Numbered from the stretch's first letter, positions 29,915 to 39,377 are shown. The stretch: DNA of 64,000 nucleotides from Candidatus Thiodiazotropha sp. (GCA_040791665.1 JBFNNX010000026.1:49435-113434), one strand, 5' to 3'. Notes: a model not told the origin generated them from the letters alone. Made by a program: numbers and translations.

Positions 29915-31361
29915 CGGCTTGCCTTTTTATATCGTAACCGAGGATCGGATTGGATTTCTGCGGCTGCTTCAGCCACTGATGAAGGTCGTTTGACGTTACA
30001 TATGCCTGGATCAGTTCACTGGCCTTCTCTGCACCGGCAATCTCTTCCAATTGTGGGAGGAATCGGGTGTAGAAGTTTCTTCCGACCAGGTACATACCCT
30101 CCCACCAGGTATGGTTGGCGCTGGCCATCGAAGCGCCATGGCGGGCACGTGCCCCCTCATCGTGCCATAACTCCCAATAGGTGAATTCGATCGGTTCGTC
30201 AAACGGGGTAGGTGTCAAAATGCCTTCGGAGTAGAGGGTTTGCATAATCTGTTTTGCCGGTATACCGAATTTCTCATTGAACAGTTTCACCACGTCGTCA
30301 AACTGCTCCATGAAGCTCTCTGTCAATGCCTTGCTGTGGCATTCCAGGCAAACCAGTTTCATCGCCTGGCGTCTACGCTTCGGTGATGCGACAGCCTTGA
30401 CCTTGCCCATGCTCCCGTCGGCCTTGCTGAGTTCACTGCCACGTCTCGGGGAAGTGTGAGATTCGGGAAGCTCGATTTTCTCACCGTCATCGAAAACCAC
30501 CAGCTGTTGTCTTATTGAAACCGGTGTGTTCAAGCTCCATGCATTGCGCATACCGACGTCGTGGTTTGCCTTCAATTTTCCGGCGGCGCCCATGTGGCAG
30601 GTTACACATGTGGGCGCGGCCACGTAGTCCTTGCCTGCGATCCAGCTGTCACTGTCCAGCGCCATTTCATCCCGGTGCGCTTCAAACTGCATACCATGCT
30701 TAGACGCTTCATATATCGCCTTGTCGGGTGAGTCGGGACCGGAGTGGCATCGGATGCAGGCGCTTGGCTCTCTGGCCTGGGCCTTGGAAAAACGGTGCTT
30801 GCCATGACAGGATGAGCAGGACCCCTTGGAACCATCGGGATTGATCCGCCCGATACCGGAATTGGGCCAGCTTCGCGGATCTAACGAGCCGTCGCCACGC
30901 ACCTCTACCTTGGAGCCATGACACTGGTTGCAGCCGGCAGCCACGATGGCATCGCCACCCACATGTCCCGCCAAGGCGGGTAGCCTGTTTTCAATGATGC
31001 TCACCGCTTCGGAGTGGACCGATCCTTTCTGCTGCTCATACTCGACAGTGTGGCAGCGGGAACAATCCAGGGGGGAGACGATGGTGGCGATAACCTGTCC
31101 TTCATGGGTAATCGCATCATTGTCGTCGACTGAGGCCTTGTGACAGTCAAGGCAGTTGACGCCCGCCTCGGCATGAGCGCTCTTGCGCCACTGCTTTGTT
31201 AAGCCGGATGAGCTCTTCTCATGGCAGCTGATGCACTCCTTGCCCAGGGGATCGCCCCATTCGCTCGGGTCTACGCTGACCTTGGCGGCAAACAGCTCCG
31301 GATTGCAGCAGAGAAGAGCACAGATCAGAAAGCGCCTCAGTAGGGATGGGTTCATTAACAA
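29907..31361 (-). CDS. Hydroxylamine oxidoreductase-like octaheme cytochrome c
   Basis: Eight CxxCH (CISCH, CLDCH, CSRCH, CNQCH, CSSCH, CIRCH, CVTCH, CLECH) with HAO-family motifs GIGRINPDGSKGSC, YEASKHG, APTCVTCH and WHDEGARARHG. Confidence 0.88.
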   Translation of the reverse strand: MLMNPSLLRRFLICALLCCNPELFAAKVSVDPSEWGDPLGKECISCHEKSSSGLTKQWRKSAHAEAGVNCLDCHKASVDDNDAITHEGQVIATIVSPLDCSRCHTVEYEQQKGSVHSEAVSIIENRLPALAGHVGGDAIVAAGCNQCHGSKVEVRGDGSLDPRSWPNSGIGRINPDGSKGSCSSCHGKHRFSKAQAREPSACIRCHSGPDSPDKAIYEASKHGMQFEAHRDEMALDSDSWIAGKDYVAAPTCVTCHMGAAGKLKANHDVGMRNAWSLNTPVSIRQQLVVFDDGEKIELPESHTSPRRGSELSKADGSMGKVKAVASPKRRRQAMKLVCLECHSKALTESFMEQFDDVVKLFNEKFGIPAKQIMQTLYSEGILTPTPFDEPIEFTYWELWHDEGARARHGASMASANHTWWEGMYLVGRNFYTRFLPQLEEIAGAEKASELIQAYVTSNDLHQWLKQPQKSNPILGYDIKRQADE

Positions 31362-31767
31362 TCTCCTTGAGCTGGAGTGTCAATTCTTACATCCGAGCCA
31401 GATACTGCCTGAGGCTTTTTCGTGATTATGAATTATGGATGACAGTCCAGCTGTTTTGTTATTTTTGGCACATGCCAAAGCTTGGCTTGTTTCGTAATCC
31501 TATCACGATGACTCGTCTTGCCAATGATATTTGTCATTCATAAATGGAAAACCACCAATTTCAAAAATAAAAAACAGCGGAAGACAGGATAAAACTACCA
31601 ATAAAATACAGGGTATTTACTAATCAACAATTTTAATCATCTGCGCTTAGTCAAAAACATTTCGGTTTTTTGTTTGGTATGTCCAGCATTGTGTGTATTA
31701 TTCCTAGTCGAGAAGAATAAGAAGTAATAATTCTCTCACCCACTAACAACAAATAAGGAGGGAAACC

Positions 31768-33063
31768 ATGGAAGCAGTCTCCGCTTCAAGGGCGTTTCAT
31801 GCAATAAGCTTTCTGTTTTCAGCATTGGTTCTGCTCATACTTCCCACAACTGCATTGGCCGGTGCAGACGAACCTATTCACCATGTCTCCTCGGAAGTCT
31901 GTAAAAATTGTCATAAAGAGATCTATAACCAGTGGAAAGGCTCGATGCATGCCCAGAGTACGGCATTGAAGGATCCAATTCATGCCACCTTCTACAAGAA
32001 GGTTGTAGGCAGTCCCGTGGAAGAGGGGGTCAAGCATAAAGCATCTGGCAAATATCCGGTCTGCTTGCAGTGTCATGCACCGAATGCGGCCGTTGACAAG
32101 ACAACCAAGCTCGATGCCAAACCTGCCTATGCGGAAGGGGTCAACTGCGTTGCCTGTCATACCCTGGCAAAATTCAAGGGAACAAGCGGCAAGAATGGCA
32201 AACTGCTGTTGGGACTCAAAGCCTATGAGCGTAAGAATGAACTGCAGGGACCTCAAGGTTTCAACCAGGGACTGACGAAACTGGTCGCGGCTGACGATAT
32301 GTTCGGCGGTGCAGCCAGTGATGAAGACTCGAAACCCAATCCCCATACTCAGGGAGAAGTTGAGCTGGACGGTAAGAAGATCCAGGCCCTGCCGATGGCT
32401 GGGAATCCAGTTTTAATGAAGACAAATGCTGCCTGCATGGGTTGTCATGACAAACGCAACAATCCACATGGCGTTCCACTTTGCCAGACAGGCAATGAGT
32501 ATGCGGGAAGCAATGTTAACTGCCAATCCTGTCATATGCCCGTCGCCGGGGGTATGGTGGATCACGGCATGGGCGGCGGTCATAATCATGCCATGCTAAA
32601 ACGCAGTGTCGTGTTCACCGTGGATGCAGTAAAGACGGGGGATAGCCTGAATGCCACTGTCAAGCTGAAGAACATGCAGCCGCACAGTCTTCCCACGGGC
32701 GCGCCTTTCAGAAACATCTATTTGAAACTCGCGGCCTACGACGCATCGGGCAATGTAGTTTGGCAAAACGCTGAAGGCCATCCCGCCAAAAGCGATTCCA
32801 AAGCCTATTTTGCCTACCTTTTGGCCGATGACAAGGGAGATCCGGCGATGCCTCCGACTGCAACCCAGCTCGGCGTCGATTCGCGTCTCAAACCCTATGA
32901 AGAGCGTATTCTGTCGTACAAAATTCCCGCCAAGGATGCGGTATTGGTAAGAGGAGAGCTCTTCTACAATCTGCTTTGGCCCGTTCTGGTAGAAAAATTC
33001 AAGCACCTACCGGAAGATTTGGTGGCGCCGGAGTCAATCGCTATAGCAGAGGTTAATCTCTAG
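31768..33063 (+). CDS. Exported pentaheme cytochrome c (c554-type domain plus C-terminal beta domain)
   Basis: Signal peptide; CKNCH, CLQCH, CVACH, CMGCH, CQSCH; W..S.HA and HSLPTG motifs. Confidence 0.8.
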   Translation: MEAVSASRAFHAISFLFSALVLLILPTTALAGADEPIHHVSSEVCKNCHKEIYNQWKGSMHAQSTALKDPIHATFYKKVVGSPVEEGVKHKASGKYPVCLQCHAPNAAVDKTTKLDAKPAYAEGVNCVACHTLAKFKGTSGKNGKLLLGLKAYERKNELQGPQGFNQGLTKLVAADDMFGGAASDEDSKPNPHTQGEVELDGKKIQALPMAGNPVLMKTNAACMGCHDKRNNPHGVPLCQTGNEYAGSNVNCQSCHMPVAGGMVDHGMGGGHNHAMLKRSVVFTVDAVKTGDSLNATVKLKNMQPHSLPTGAPFRNIYLKLAAYDASGNVVWQNAEGHPAKSDSKAYFAYLLADDKGDPAMPPTATQLGVDSRLKPYEERILSYKIPAKDAVLVRGELFYNLLWPVLVEKFKHLPEDLVAPESIAIAEVNL

Positions 33064-33074
33064 TCAAGCAAAGT

Positions 33075-33102
33075 CCTCACACCGGTGAGACCCGGTGTGA
33101 GG
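33075..33102. other. Intercistronic 11-bp stem-loop without U-tract
   Basis: CCTCACACCGG-TGAGAC-CCGGTGTGAGG. Confidence 0.6.
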
Positions 33103-33129
33103 CATCTAAAATCTGGTTCGGGGGGCGTT

Positions 33130-34734
33130 ATGTGCTCATTTAAGAGTTGTACACTACGTCTGGCCTCACTGTTGCAGTTCATCTTGTTTCTGATGTTTGC
33201 CATCAACCTGACGGCATCAGATGAGATAATCAGTTCAACGGCCGATCACACTAAGTTCGAATCGCTTCAACAGGCCTTCAGCACAGGTCCGGAAGTGACA
33301 AAAGCCTGTCTCGAGTGCCATACTGAAGCCGCTAGACAGATCCATAAAACCAAACATTGGAATTGGCAATTCACCCACCCCGATACCGGCGAGGAGCTGG
33401 GAAAACAGACAATTGTCAACAATTTCTGCGGTGCCATTGAGACCAATTATGCCCGCTGTACGAGTTGTCATGTCGGTTATGGATGGAAAGACAACAGCTT
33501 CGATTTCAGTTCTGAAACGAATGTCGATTGCCTTGTCTGTCACGACACAACAGGTACCTACAAAAAGTTTCCGACCGGGGCAGGACATCCCCCCTATGTG
33601 GATAAACCCTTCCCGCCCAAGAGCAAAAAGATCTGGAAAGCGCCGGATCTTGCTCATGTGGCCCAGCATGTCGGCAAGACTAGTCGAAAAACCTGTGGCG
33701 CCTGCCATTTTTATGGTGGTGGCGGTGATGGTGTCAAGCATGGTGATCTCGATTCGAGTATGACCGATCCAAGCAAATCGCTCGATGTCCATATGGGCAC
33801 GGATGGGCTGGATTTCGTCTGCAGTACCTGCCACCAGAAAGATGGGCACGATGTATCGGGCAGTCGATATACCACTCAGGCCAAGGATACACAGGGTATC
33901 GATGTGCCGGGTCGTGGCGATAATATCCGCTCGACCTGCGAGTCCTGCCACGGCCTCAAGCCTCATCCCGTCACGGTAAACAACAAACTGAACGATCACA
34001 TCAACAAGGTTGCCTGCACAACATGCCATATTCCAACCTATGCCAGGGGCGGCAAGCCGACCAAGACCTGGTGGGACTGGTCAACGGCAGGGCGTATGAG
34101 CAATGACGGTAAACACATCAAGACAAAAGATGACCAGGGCTATGTAAACTACGTCACCAAAAAAGGCTCTTTCGAATGGGGTGAAAACCTGAAACCGGAA
34201 TATGCTTGGTTTTCGGGCAATATTCGTTATAAGCAACTCGATGAAAAGATCGATCCCAACAAGGTCGTTGCAATCAATACCTTCGAAGGGAGTTATGATG
34301 ACCCTGATGCCAGGATCTGGCCATTTAAGGTGATGCGGGGCAAACAGCCCTATGACAAAGGCAACAACACCCTGGTAACGACCCATCTCTTCGGCAAGGA
34401 CAGTAATGCATATTGGAAGTCCTTTGATTGGAACAGGGCAATTAAAGCAGCCATGGATGCAGGTAATGCCGCATACAGCGGCGAATACGGTTTCATCGAA
34501 ACCACCTACCACTGGCCGTTGGCACATATGGTTGCCCCTGTAGACCAGGCGCTCGGCTGTGAAGCCTGTCATGCAAAGGATGGTCGGCTAAGTAAGCTCA
34601 CTGGTTTTTACATGCCCGCTCGGGACAGTTACTACTGGGTCGATCTGATCGGCTGGCTGGCGGTCTTGGGTACCGTGGGGGGTATTTCCATCCATGGCTT
34701 GGGTCGGCTCTTCTCGAAAGCCAAGCGGAGATAA
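33130..34734 (+). CDS. otr: Octaheme tetrathionate reductase (Otr) family cytochrome c
   Basis: TADH..F, eight CxxCH, NNFC...RCTSCH, GGGGDGVKHGDL, WDWSTAG, C-terminal TM. Confidence 0.88.
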   Translation: MCSFKSCTLRLASLLQFILFLMFAINLTASDEIISSTADHTKFESLQQAFSTGPEVTKACLECHTEAARQIHKTKHWNWQFTHPDTGEELGKQTIVNNFCGAIETNYARCTSCHVGYGWKDNSFDFSSETNVDCLVCHDTTGTYKKFPTGAGHPPYVDKPFPPKSKKIWKAPDLAHVAQHVGKTSRKTCGACHFYGGGGDGVKHGDLDSSMTDPSKSLDVHMGTDGLDFVCSTCHQKDGHDVSGSRYTTQAKDTQGIDVPGRGDNIRSTCESCHGLKPHPVTVNNKLNDHINKVACTTCHIPTYARGGKPTKTWWDWSTAGRMSNDGKHIKTKDDQGYVNYVTKKGSFEWGENLKPEYAWFSGNIRYKQLDEKIDPNKVVAINTFEGSYDDPDARIWPFKVMRGKQPYDKGNNTLVTTHLFGKDSNAYWKSFDWNRAIKAAMDAGNAAYSGEYGFIETTYHWPLAHMVAPVDQALGCEACHAKDGRLSKLTGFYMPARDSYYWVDLIGWLAVLGTVGGISIHGLGRLFSKAKRR

Positions 34735-34738
34735 ATCA

Positions 34739-35341
34739 ATGAGCCAAATCTATTATTTCTCACTCTTTGAACGCCTGTGGCATTGGTCTCAAGCGATACT
34801 GATATTCGGTATGCTGATAACCGGATTTGAAATCCACGGAACCTATCATTTGTTCGGCTTTGAACAGGCTATCGACCTGCATACGATCATGGCATGGGTA
34901 CTGATCGGCTTGTGGCTGCTCGCACTGTTTTGGCATACAACCACTGGGGAGTGGCGCCAGTATGTGCCGAGCGATCCTGACAGCATGCTGGCAATGGTCA
35001 AGTATTATGCAGTCGGTATCTTTCTCGGTGCGCCACATCCCTTCCACCGGAAACGCGCGGAAAAGCACAATCCGCTGCAGAGAATGGCTTATTTGATGCT
35101 AACAATGGTCATTTCACCGATTATCTGGATCAGTGGATTACTCTATCTTTTTTATCAATACTGGCCATCCATCGGACTGCAGGACGTGCAGCTTGGGTTG
35201 ATTGCTGTCGTGCACACAATCGGCGCATTCGCAATACTTTGCTTTATACCCATTCATCTCTATTTGGCTTTGACAACGGGAGAAAAGCCTTTTGGAAACC
35301 TGGTGGAGATGATAGTCGGGCATGAGGCCAAGGATGGTTGA
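34739..35341 (+). CDS. Cytochrome b subunit (PhsC / Ni-hydrogenase cytochrome b type)
   Basis: FERLWHWSQA, LHTIMAW, KHNPLQRMAY, VHTIGAF...IHLY; four TM with heme His residues. Confidence 0.85.
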   Translation: MSQIYYFSLFERLWHWSQAILIFGMLITGFEIHGTYHLFGFEQAIDLHTIMAWVLIGLWLLALFWHTTTGEWRQYVPSDPDSMLAMVKYYAVGIFLGAPHPFHRKRAEKHNPLQRMAYLMLTMVISPIIWISGLLYLFYQYWPSIGLQDVQLGLIAVVHTIGAFAILCFIPIHLYLALTTGEKPFGNLVEMIVGHEAKDG

Positions 35342-35537
35342 TACTTGATCATTGCAGATATCGATGTTGAATCCGCGAATATCCCGGTAGAAATCCATAA
35401 GATATCAGCTGAATGGTATAAAGGCGGGAGAAGTATATATATAAAAAAGTGGAATCAACTCTGAAGCACATACCGGTTTAGCGGACGGTACAGCCTGTGG
35501 TTTTGTATAAAACTTCAGGTGTTTCAAAACCCAGTGT

Positions 35538-35551
35538 CTTAGGGCCTGTTA
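35538..35551. repeat. Half copy of the dispersed element; inverted relative to 39364..39377
   Basis: CTTAGGGCCTGTTA is the exact reverse complement of TAACAGGCCCTAAG at 39364..39377. Confidence 0.7.
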
Positions 35552-35552
35552 G

Positions 35553-36941
35553 CTACTTATCTATTCCGTAGCGTTTCATCTTCTGCCATAAGTTTTTACG
35601 GGAAATGCCCAAGGAATCTGCTGTCTGGTTGATTTTGCCGCTATTTTCCGCCAATGCCCTGACAATTGACTTTCTTTCAGCTTCTTCAATAGTCTCTTTA
35701 AGTGTGGTTGTGTCGTGATCGTGGGCGCTGTTGTCCGTGATAGACAGGTCGTTTTTGCTGATCCAAGGTCCATCGCACAGGGCGACAGCTCTTTCGATGA
35801 TATTTTTAAGTTCACGAACATTTCCAGGGAATGACATGGATTGAAGATAGAGTTCAGCCTCCTTCGACAAACCTTTGACGCCCCCTTTTTTACATTGTCC
35901 AAGCTGGCTGACGAACTGCCTTGCAAGATAGACGATATCCTCCCTGCGTTGACGCAGTGGTGGGATATCGATATGGATTACATTGAGACGCCAGTAGAGA
36001 TCCGATCTGAATTCGTTTTTTTCAATAGCTACATCGAGGTTGGCCTGGGTTGCGGCGATTACCCTTACATCAAGCGGGATTGAAACAGATCCGCCAACAC
36101 GTTCAAACTCCCTCTCCTGCAGCACTCTCAGCAGTTTTACCTGTATGTCAGACGATACTTCCGCAATTTCATCAAGAAAGATGGTGCCCCCTTGAGCCTG
36201 CTCAAAACGCCCTTTTCGTTGATGTGTCGCTCCTGTAAAGGAGCCCTTTTCATGACCGAAGAGCTCACTTTCGATCAGTGTGGAAGGTAGGGCGGCACAG
36301 TTTACACTTACCATGGGGCCTTGTGACCTGAGACTGTTGTTGTGGATCAGGTTTGCAACGACTTCCTTGCCAACCCCGGACTCTCCTGTAAGCAATACTG
36401 AACTGTCACTCTCTCTGAGACGTGCCACCAGTCTCTCGATCTTTCGCATAGCGTTGCTTTTTCCCAAACAACCGCTACCCGGTTTGAGATGATCAATTGC
36501 CGCGCTCGAGCCTTTGGTCGTCAATTGGTTGTCAGAGATACAAGAGAGCTGATGAATTACTTTCTTTATAAAATCATTGATGTCAAATGGTTTTGTAAGA
36601 TAATCAAAAGCGCCGGCTTTAACTGTGGCGACTGCGTCCGATATATCGCCATAGGCCGTCATGAGGATGACTGGTATGCCTGGAAAATTGCTTGAGATAT
36701 CTGTAAAGAGTTCGATCCCTGTGCCATCCGGTAGACGGATATCGGTTACCACTAGGTCAATATCACCTTTTTCCAGCTCTTTTCTTGCGCTCGCGGTATC
36801 GCTTACCGCACGCACGGGAATCGATTCCATGCGTAACCTGTCAACAAGAGAGATTTGCATGATTTCATCATCTTCAACCAGCAATAGACATAAGTCTTTG
36901 AATCTACCCCTATCCATTGTGTAATCGATACTATTCTGCAT
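35553..36941 (-). CDS. Sigma-54-dependent response regulator (NtrC family, AioR-like)
   Basis: Receiver (VEDD, DIRLPD, KPF), AAA+ (GESGVGKE, ELFGHEKGSFTGA, FLDEI), Fis-type HTH. Confidence 0.95.
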   Translation of the reverse strand: MQNSIDYTMDRGRFKDLCLLLVEDDEIMQISLVDRLRMESIPVRAVSDTASARKELEKGDIDLVVTDIRLPDGTGIELFTDISSNFPGIPVILMTAYGDISDAVATVKAGAFDYLTKPFDINDFIKKVIHQLSCISDNQLTTKGSSAAIDHLKPGSGCLGKSNAMRKIERLVARLRESDSSVLLTGESGVGKEVVANLIHNNSLRSQGPMVSVNCAALPSTLIESELFGHEKGSFTGATHQRKGRFEQAQGGTIFLDEIAEVSSDIQVKLLRVLQEREFERVGGSVSIPLDVRVIAATQANLDVAIEKNEFRSDLYWRLNVIHIDIPPLRQRREDIVYLARQFVSQLGQCKKGGVKGLSKEAELYLQSMSFPGNVRELKNIIERAVALCDGPWISKNDLSITDNSAHDHDTTTLKETIEEAERKSIVRALAENSGKINQTADSLGISRKNLWQKMKRYGIDK

Positions 36942-38425
36942 TAGGCCGCCTGTCTGTTGATTACAGGCAGTTCGATGAGGAAAGTCGTGCCTTTTCCTAC
37001 CTCGCTCTCAACCTCGATAATACCTTGCATATTCTGAACCAGACGATAGACGACCCAAAGCCCCAATCCCGTGCCATTGGGTTTGGTCGTAAAGAAAGGA
37101 TCGAACATTTGGTTTCTTATATTTGAGGCAACACCGGGGCCATTGTCACTGACTTTGATTACGAGAAGACTTCCTTCCTGATGCATGTTGAAAGCAATGG
37201 TTCCATTCTCGGGAATGATTTCAACGGCGTTCTTCAGCAAATTGCAGATAATCTGTTCGGTCTTTCCCGGAATACAGGTATCTCTATCGGTCTTATTGTT
37301 CCAGAATATTTTGATATCTCTTTCACCTATTTCAGCCAGGATCAAATCATGAAGCTTGTCGACCTGTTCAATATTTATCATTTCATCACTCTCCTCGTTC
37401 TTGAGCCCAACGAGCAGGTTGTGGACAATATCCTTGATCCGATGCAGACCCTGGTCAATCACCGGTAGATAACGATCGATCAACTCCTTGTCGTTTGGAT
37501 GCTGACGTAGCGTATCTATGCAGTTTAATAGCCCTGCCAGAGGATTGTTTACCTCATGTGCCACACCTGCGGTTATTCTTCCTAGGGCAACCAACTTCTC
37601 GCTCATTGCGATCTCCTCCTCGAGCATCTTTTTTTCCGCAAGTTCAGACATGATTTGATTGAAGGTCACACTGAGCCTCCCTATTTCATCCCCCTCTTTC
37701 ACCGGTATTGGAGAAAAATCTGTCATCTCTCCACGCCCAACCGCCTCAAGTCCATGAGTTATTGCAGTCAAAGGTCCGACCACCCGCCTGGATACTATGG
37801 TGCCCAGCAGGCTTCCGATGATGACAAAGAGCAATATTGAAAGGAGAACGATTACAGTTGTCGACTTTGCCTTTTCAAACAGACTGGCGACAGAGAGGCG
37901 AACCCGAACTACTCCAAGGTATTTTTGATCTGAAAACAGAGGTACGACACCTTCCTGGAATCCATCCCTGGAAAAGAAATCCCCACTACTCAATACAGTC
38001 GGGGTTCTTGCGGCCATCGCCTGATTGGCTATCGTTTTATCAGCTTCATTTTCTGGAGAGAATACGAGGCCTATCGGGTGCTTCGCAGGATGAAGGTGCG
38101 CCTGAACTACACCTTCTGCATCCAATATCATCGCATCTATAATTTCATGTTCGCTTCTGGCCCCAGGTCCCTTAGACGCCATATTCTTGAGACTGAGGTA
38201 AAGAGACCAGTAGTCCTTACGCAGCATTGCCTTTGGTGCAGTGATTGAAATGGATTCTGATAGCAGCAGCGCTTTCTCACCCAGGTCATTTTGAAATCGA
38301 TTCCAGTCCTGGAGAACCATGAGGCCTCCGATGAGGAATCCGACACTGGTGACAACGGCCGTTATGGTAAGGGATAACTTTATCGCCAATGGCCAGGATT
38401 TTGGATTAATCATGGGCATTTGCAT
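36941..38425 (-). CDS. HAMP sensor histidine kinase (AioS-like)
   Basis: Two TM, HAMP (GDEIGRL), AHEVNNPL, NLLKNA, DNGPG, FFTTKPNGTGLGL. Confidence 0.93.
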   Translation of the reverse strand: MQMPMINPKSWPLAIKLSLTITAVVTSVGFLIGGLMVLQDWNRFQNDLGEKALLLSESISITAPKAMLRKDYWSLYLSLKNMASKGPGARSEHEIIDAMILDAEGVVQAHLHPAKHPIGLVFSPENEADKTIANQAMAARTPTVLSSGDFFSRDGFQEGVVPLFSDQKYLGVVRVRLSVASLFEKAKSTTVIVLLSILLFVIIGSLLGTIVSRRVVGPLTAITHGLEAVGRGEMTDFSPIPVKEGDEIGRLSVTFNQIMSELAEKKMLEEEIAMSEKLVALGRITAGVAHEVNNPLAGLLNCIDTLRQHPNDKELIDRYLPVIDQGLHRIKDIVHNLLVGLKNEESDEMINIEQVDKLHDLILAEIGERDIKIFWNNKTDRDTCIPGKTEQIICNLLKNAVEIIPENGTIAFNMHQEGSLLVIKVSDNGPGVASNIRNQMFDPFFTTKPNGTGLGLWVVYRLVQNMQGIIEVESEVGKGTTFLIELPVINRQAA

Positions 38426-38434
38426 TCTAAAATA

Positions 38435-39304
38435 TTAATCGCTTTGTACTACGGAGTACCTGGGGTCAGCTCTTTGAACTGTATTTTCCAAAGTGCGGAT
38501 TTCGTTGAACAGCGAATCAGAATAGTGACCAAACCCATCCAGTTTGAGCCGGTCGAGCAGTTCCTTGCCGGTTAAATCCTTATCCATGTTCTCAAGTGTC
38601 TGCTTCATCTTTTTTACTATGTTGTCATCTATGCCTAAACGGTAAACAATAGGCGGAAAACCAAAGCTTGGAGACTTCTTTATTATCCGGGTTTTTTCAG
38701 TAATGTCTGGTTTGAAGACGGCAATGTACTCCCAGATATACGAGTCTACGGCTCCGCCATCTGCAACCTGCTCGGAAACGGCTTGCACCGTCTCAGCGTG
38801 ATTGAAGGTAAAAAAGGTTTCTCGGAAAAAGCTCTCGGGTTTCTCTCCTTTTTTTACCACCAAGGCAAGAGGATAGAGGAAGCCTGAATTCGAGTCAGGG
38901 TCAGAGAAGGCAAAACTTTTTCCTTTCAAGTCGCTAAAGCGTTTATAGGGACTGCTGTGATGGACAATAATATAAGAGTAATAATGCGGTGATCCCCGGT
39001 AGACAGGTACTGTCAGGAGCTGAAGTGATTCCGGTTCTCTTGCCTGGATGTAAGGATAACCGCATATCCATGCGAATTCGATACCACCTGATTCCAATAG
39101 GTCCATCACCTCTCGATAGGACTTTCTCTGCACAAACTCGACCTTCCGGCCTATTTTGTGTTCCAGGTATTGACTCCACTGGTCCAGAAATCTGAGGTTT
39201 TCAGTAAGTACCACAGCCGTCAAGCCAAAGCGGATAGGTGTATCCATATTGGCGGCATAAAGCGGGGTAATCCAGAAGAGCAATAATAAAAGGGTCAATC
39301 GCAC
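38435..39304 (-). CDS. PhnD-fold periplasmic oxyanion-binding protein, AioX/ArxX-like
   Basis: Signal peptide; FAWICGYPY, FAFSDPDSNSG, FTFNH, VDSYIW motifs as in AioX-type sensors; co-transcribed with the kinase and regulator, with no ABC permease or ATPase nearby. Confidence 0.8.
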   Translation of the reverse strand: MRLTLLLLLFWITPLYAANMDTPIRFGLTAVVLTENLRFLDQWSQYLEHKIGRKVEFVQRKSYREVMDLLESGGIEFAWICGYPYIQAREPESLQLLTVPVYRGSPHYYSYIIVHHSSPYKRFSDLKGKSFAFSDPDSNSGFLYPLALVVKKGEKPESFFRETFFTFNHAETVQAVSEQVADGGAVDSYIWEYIAVFKPDITEKTRIIKKSPSFGFPPIVYRLGIDDNIVKKMKQTLENMDKDLTGKELLDRLKLDGFGHYSDSLFNEIRTLENTVQRADPRYSVVQSD

Positions 39305-39341
39305 TTGGGTTCCTCGTTAATATAACTTCTCAGGGATACAG

Positions 39342-39377
39342 TTAAGGCCTATCGGATTATTGTTAACAGGCCCTAAG
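39342..39377. repeat. 35-bp dispersed imperfect palindromic element, copy 2
   Basis: TTAAGGCCTATCGGATTATTGTTAACAGGCCCTAA(G). Confidence 0.75.

Noticed and set aside
29907-31361. HAO as evidence for ammonia oxidation or anammox
   Set aside because: There are no amo or hzs genes here, the cross-link Tyr appears absent, and HAO-like proteins are widespread in non-nitrifiers.
38435-39304. Phosphonate ABC transporter
   Set aside because: There are no phnC or phnE genes nearby, the gene is coupled to a kinase and regulator, and it carries the AioX-type Cys motif.
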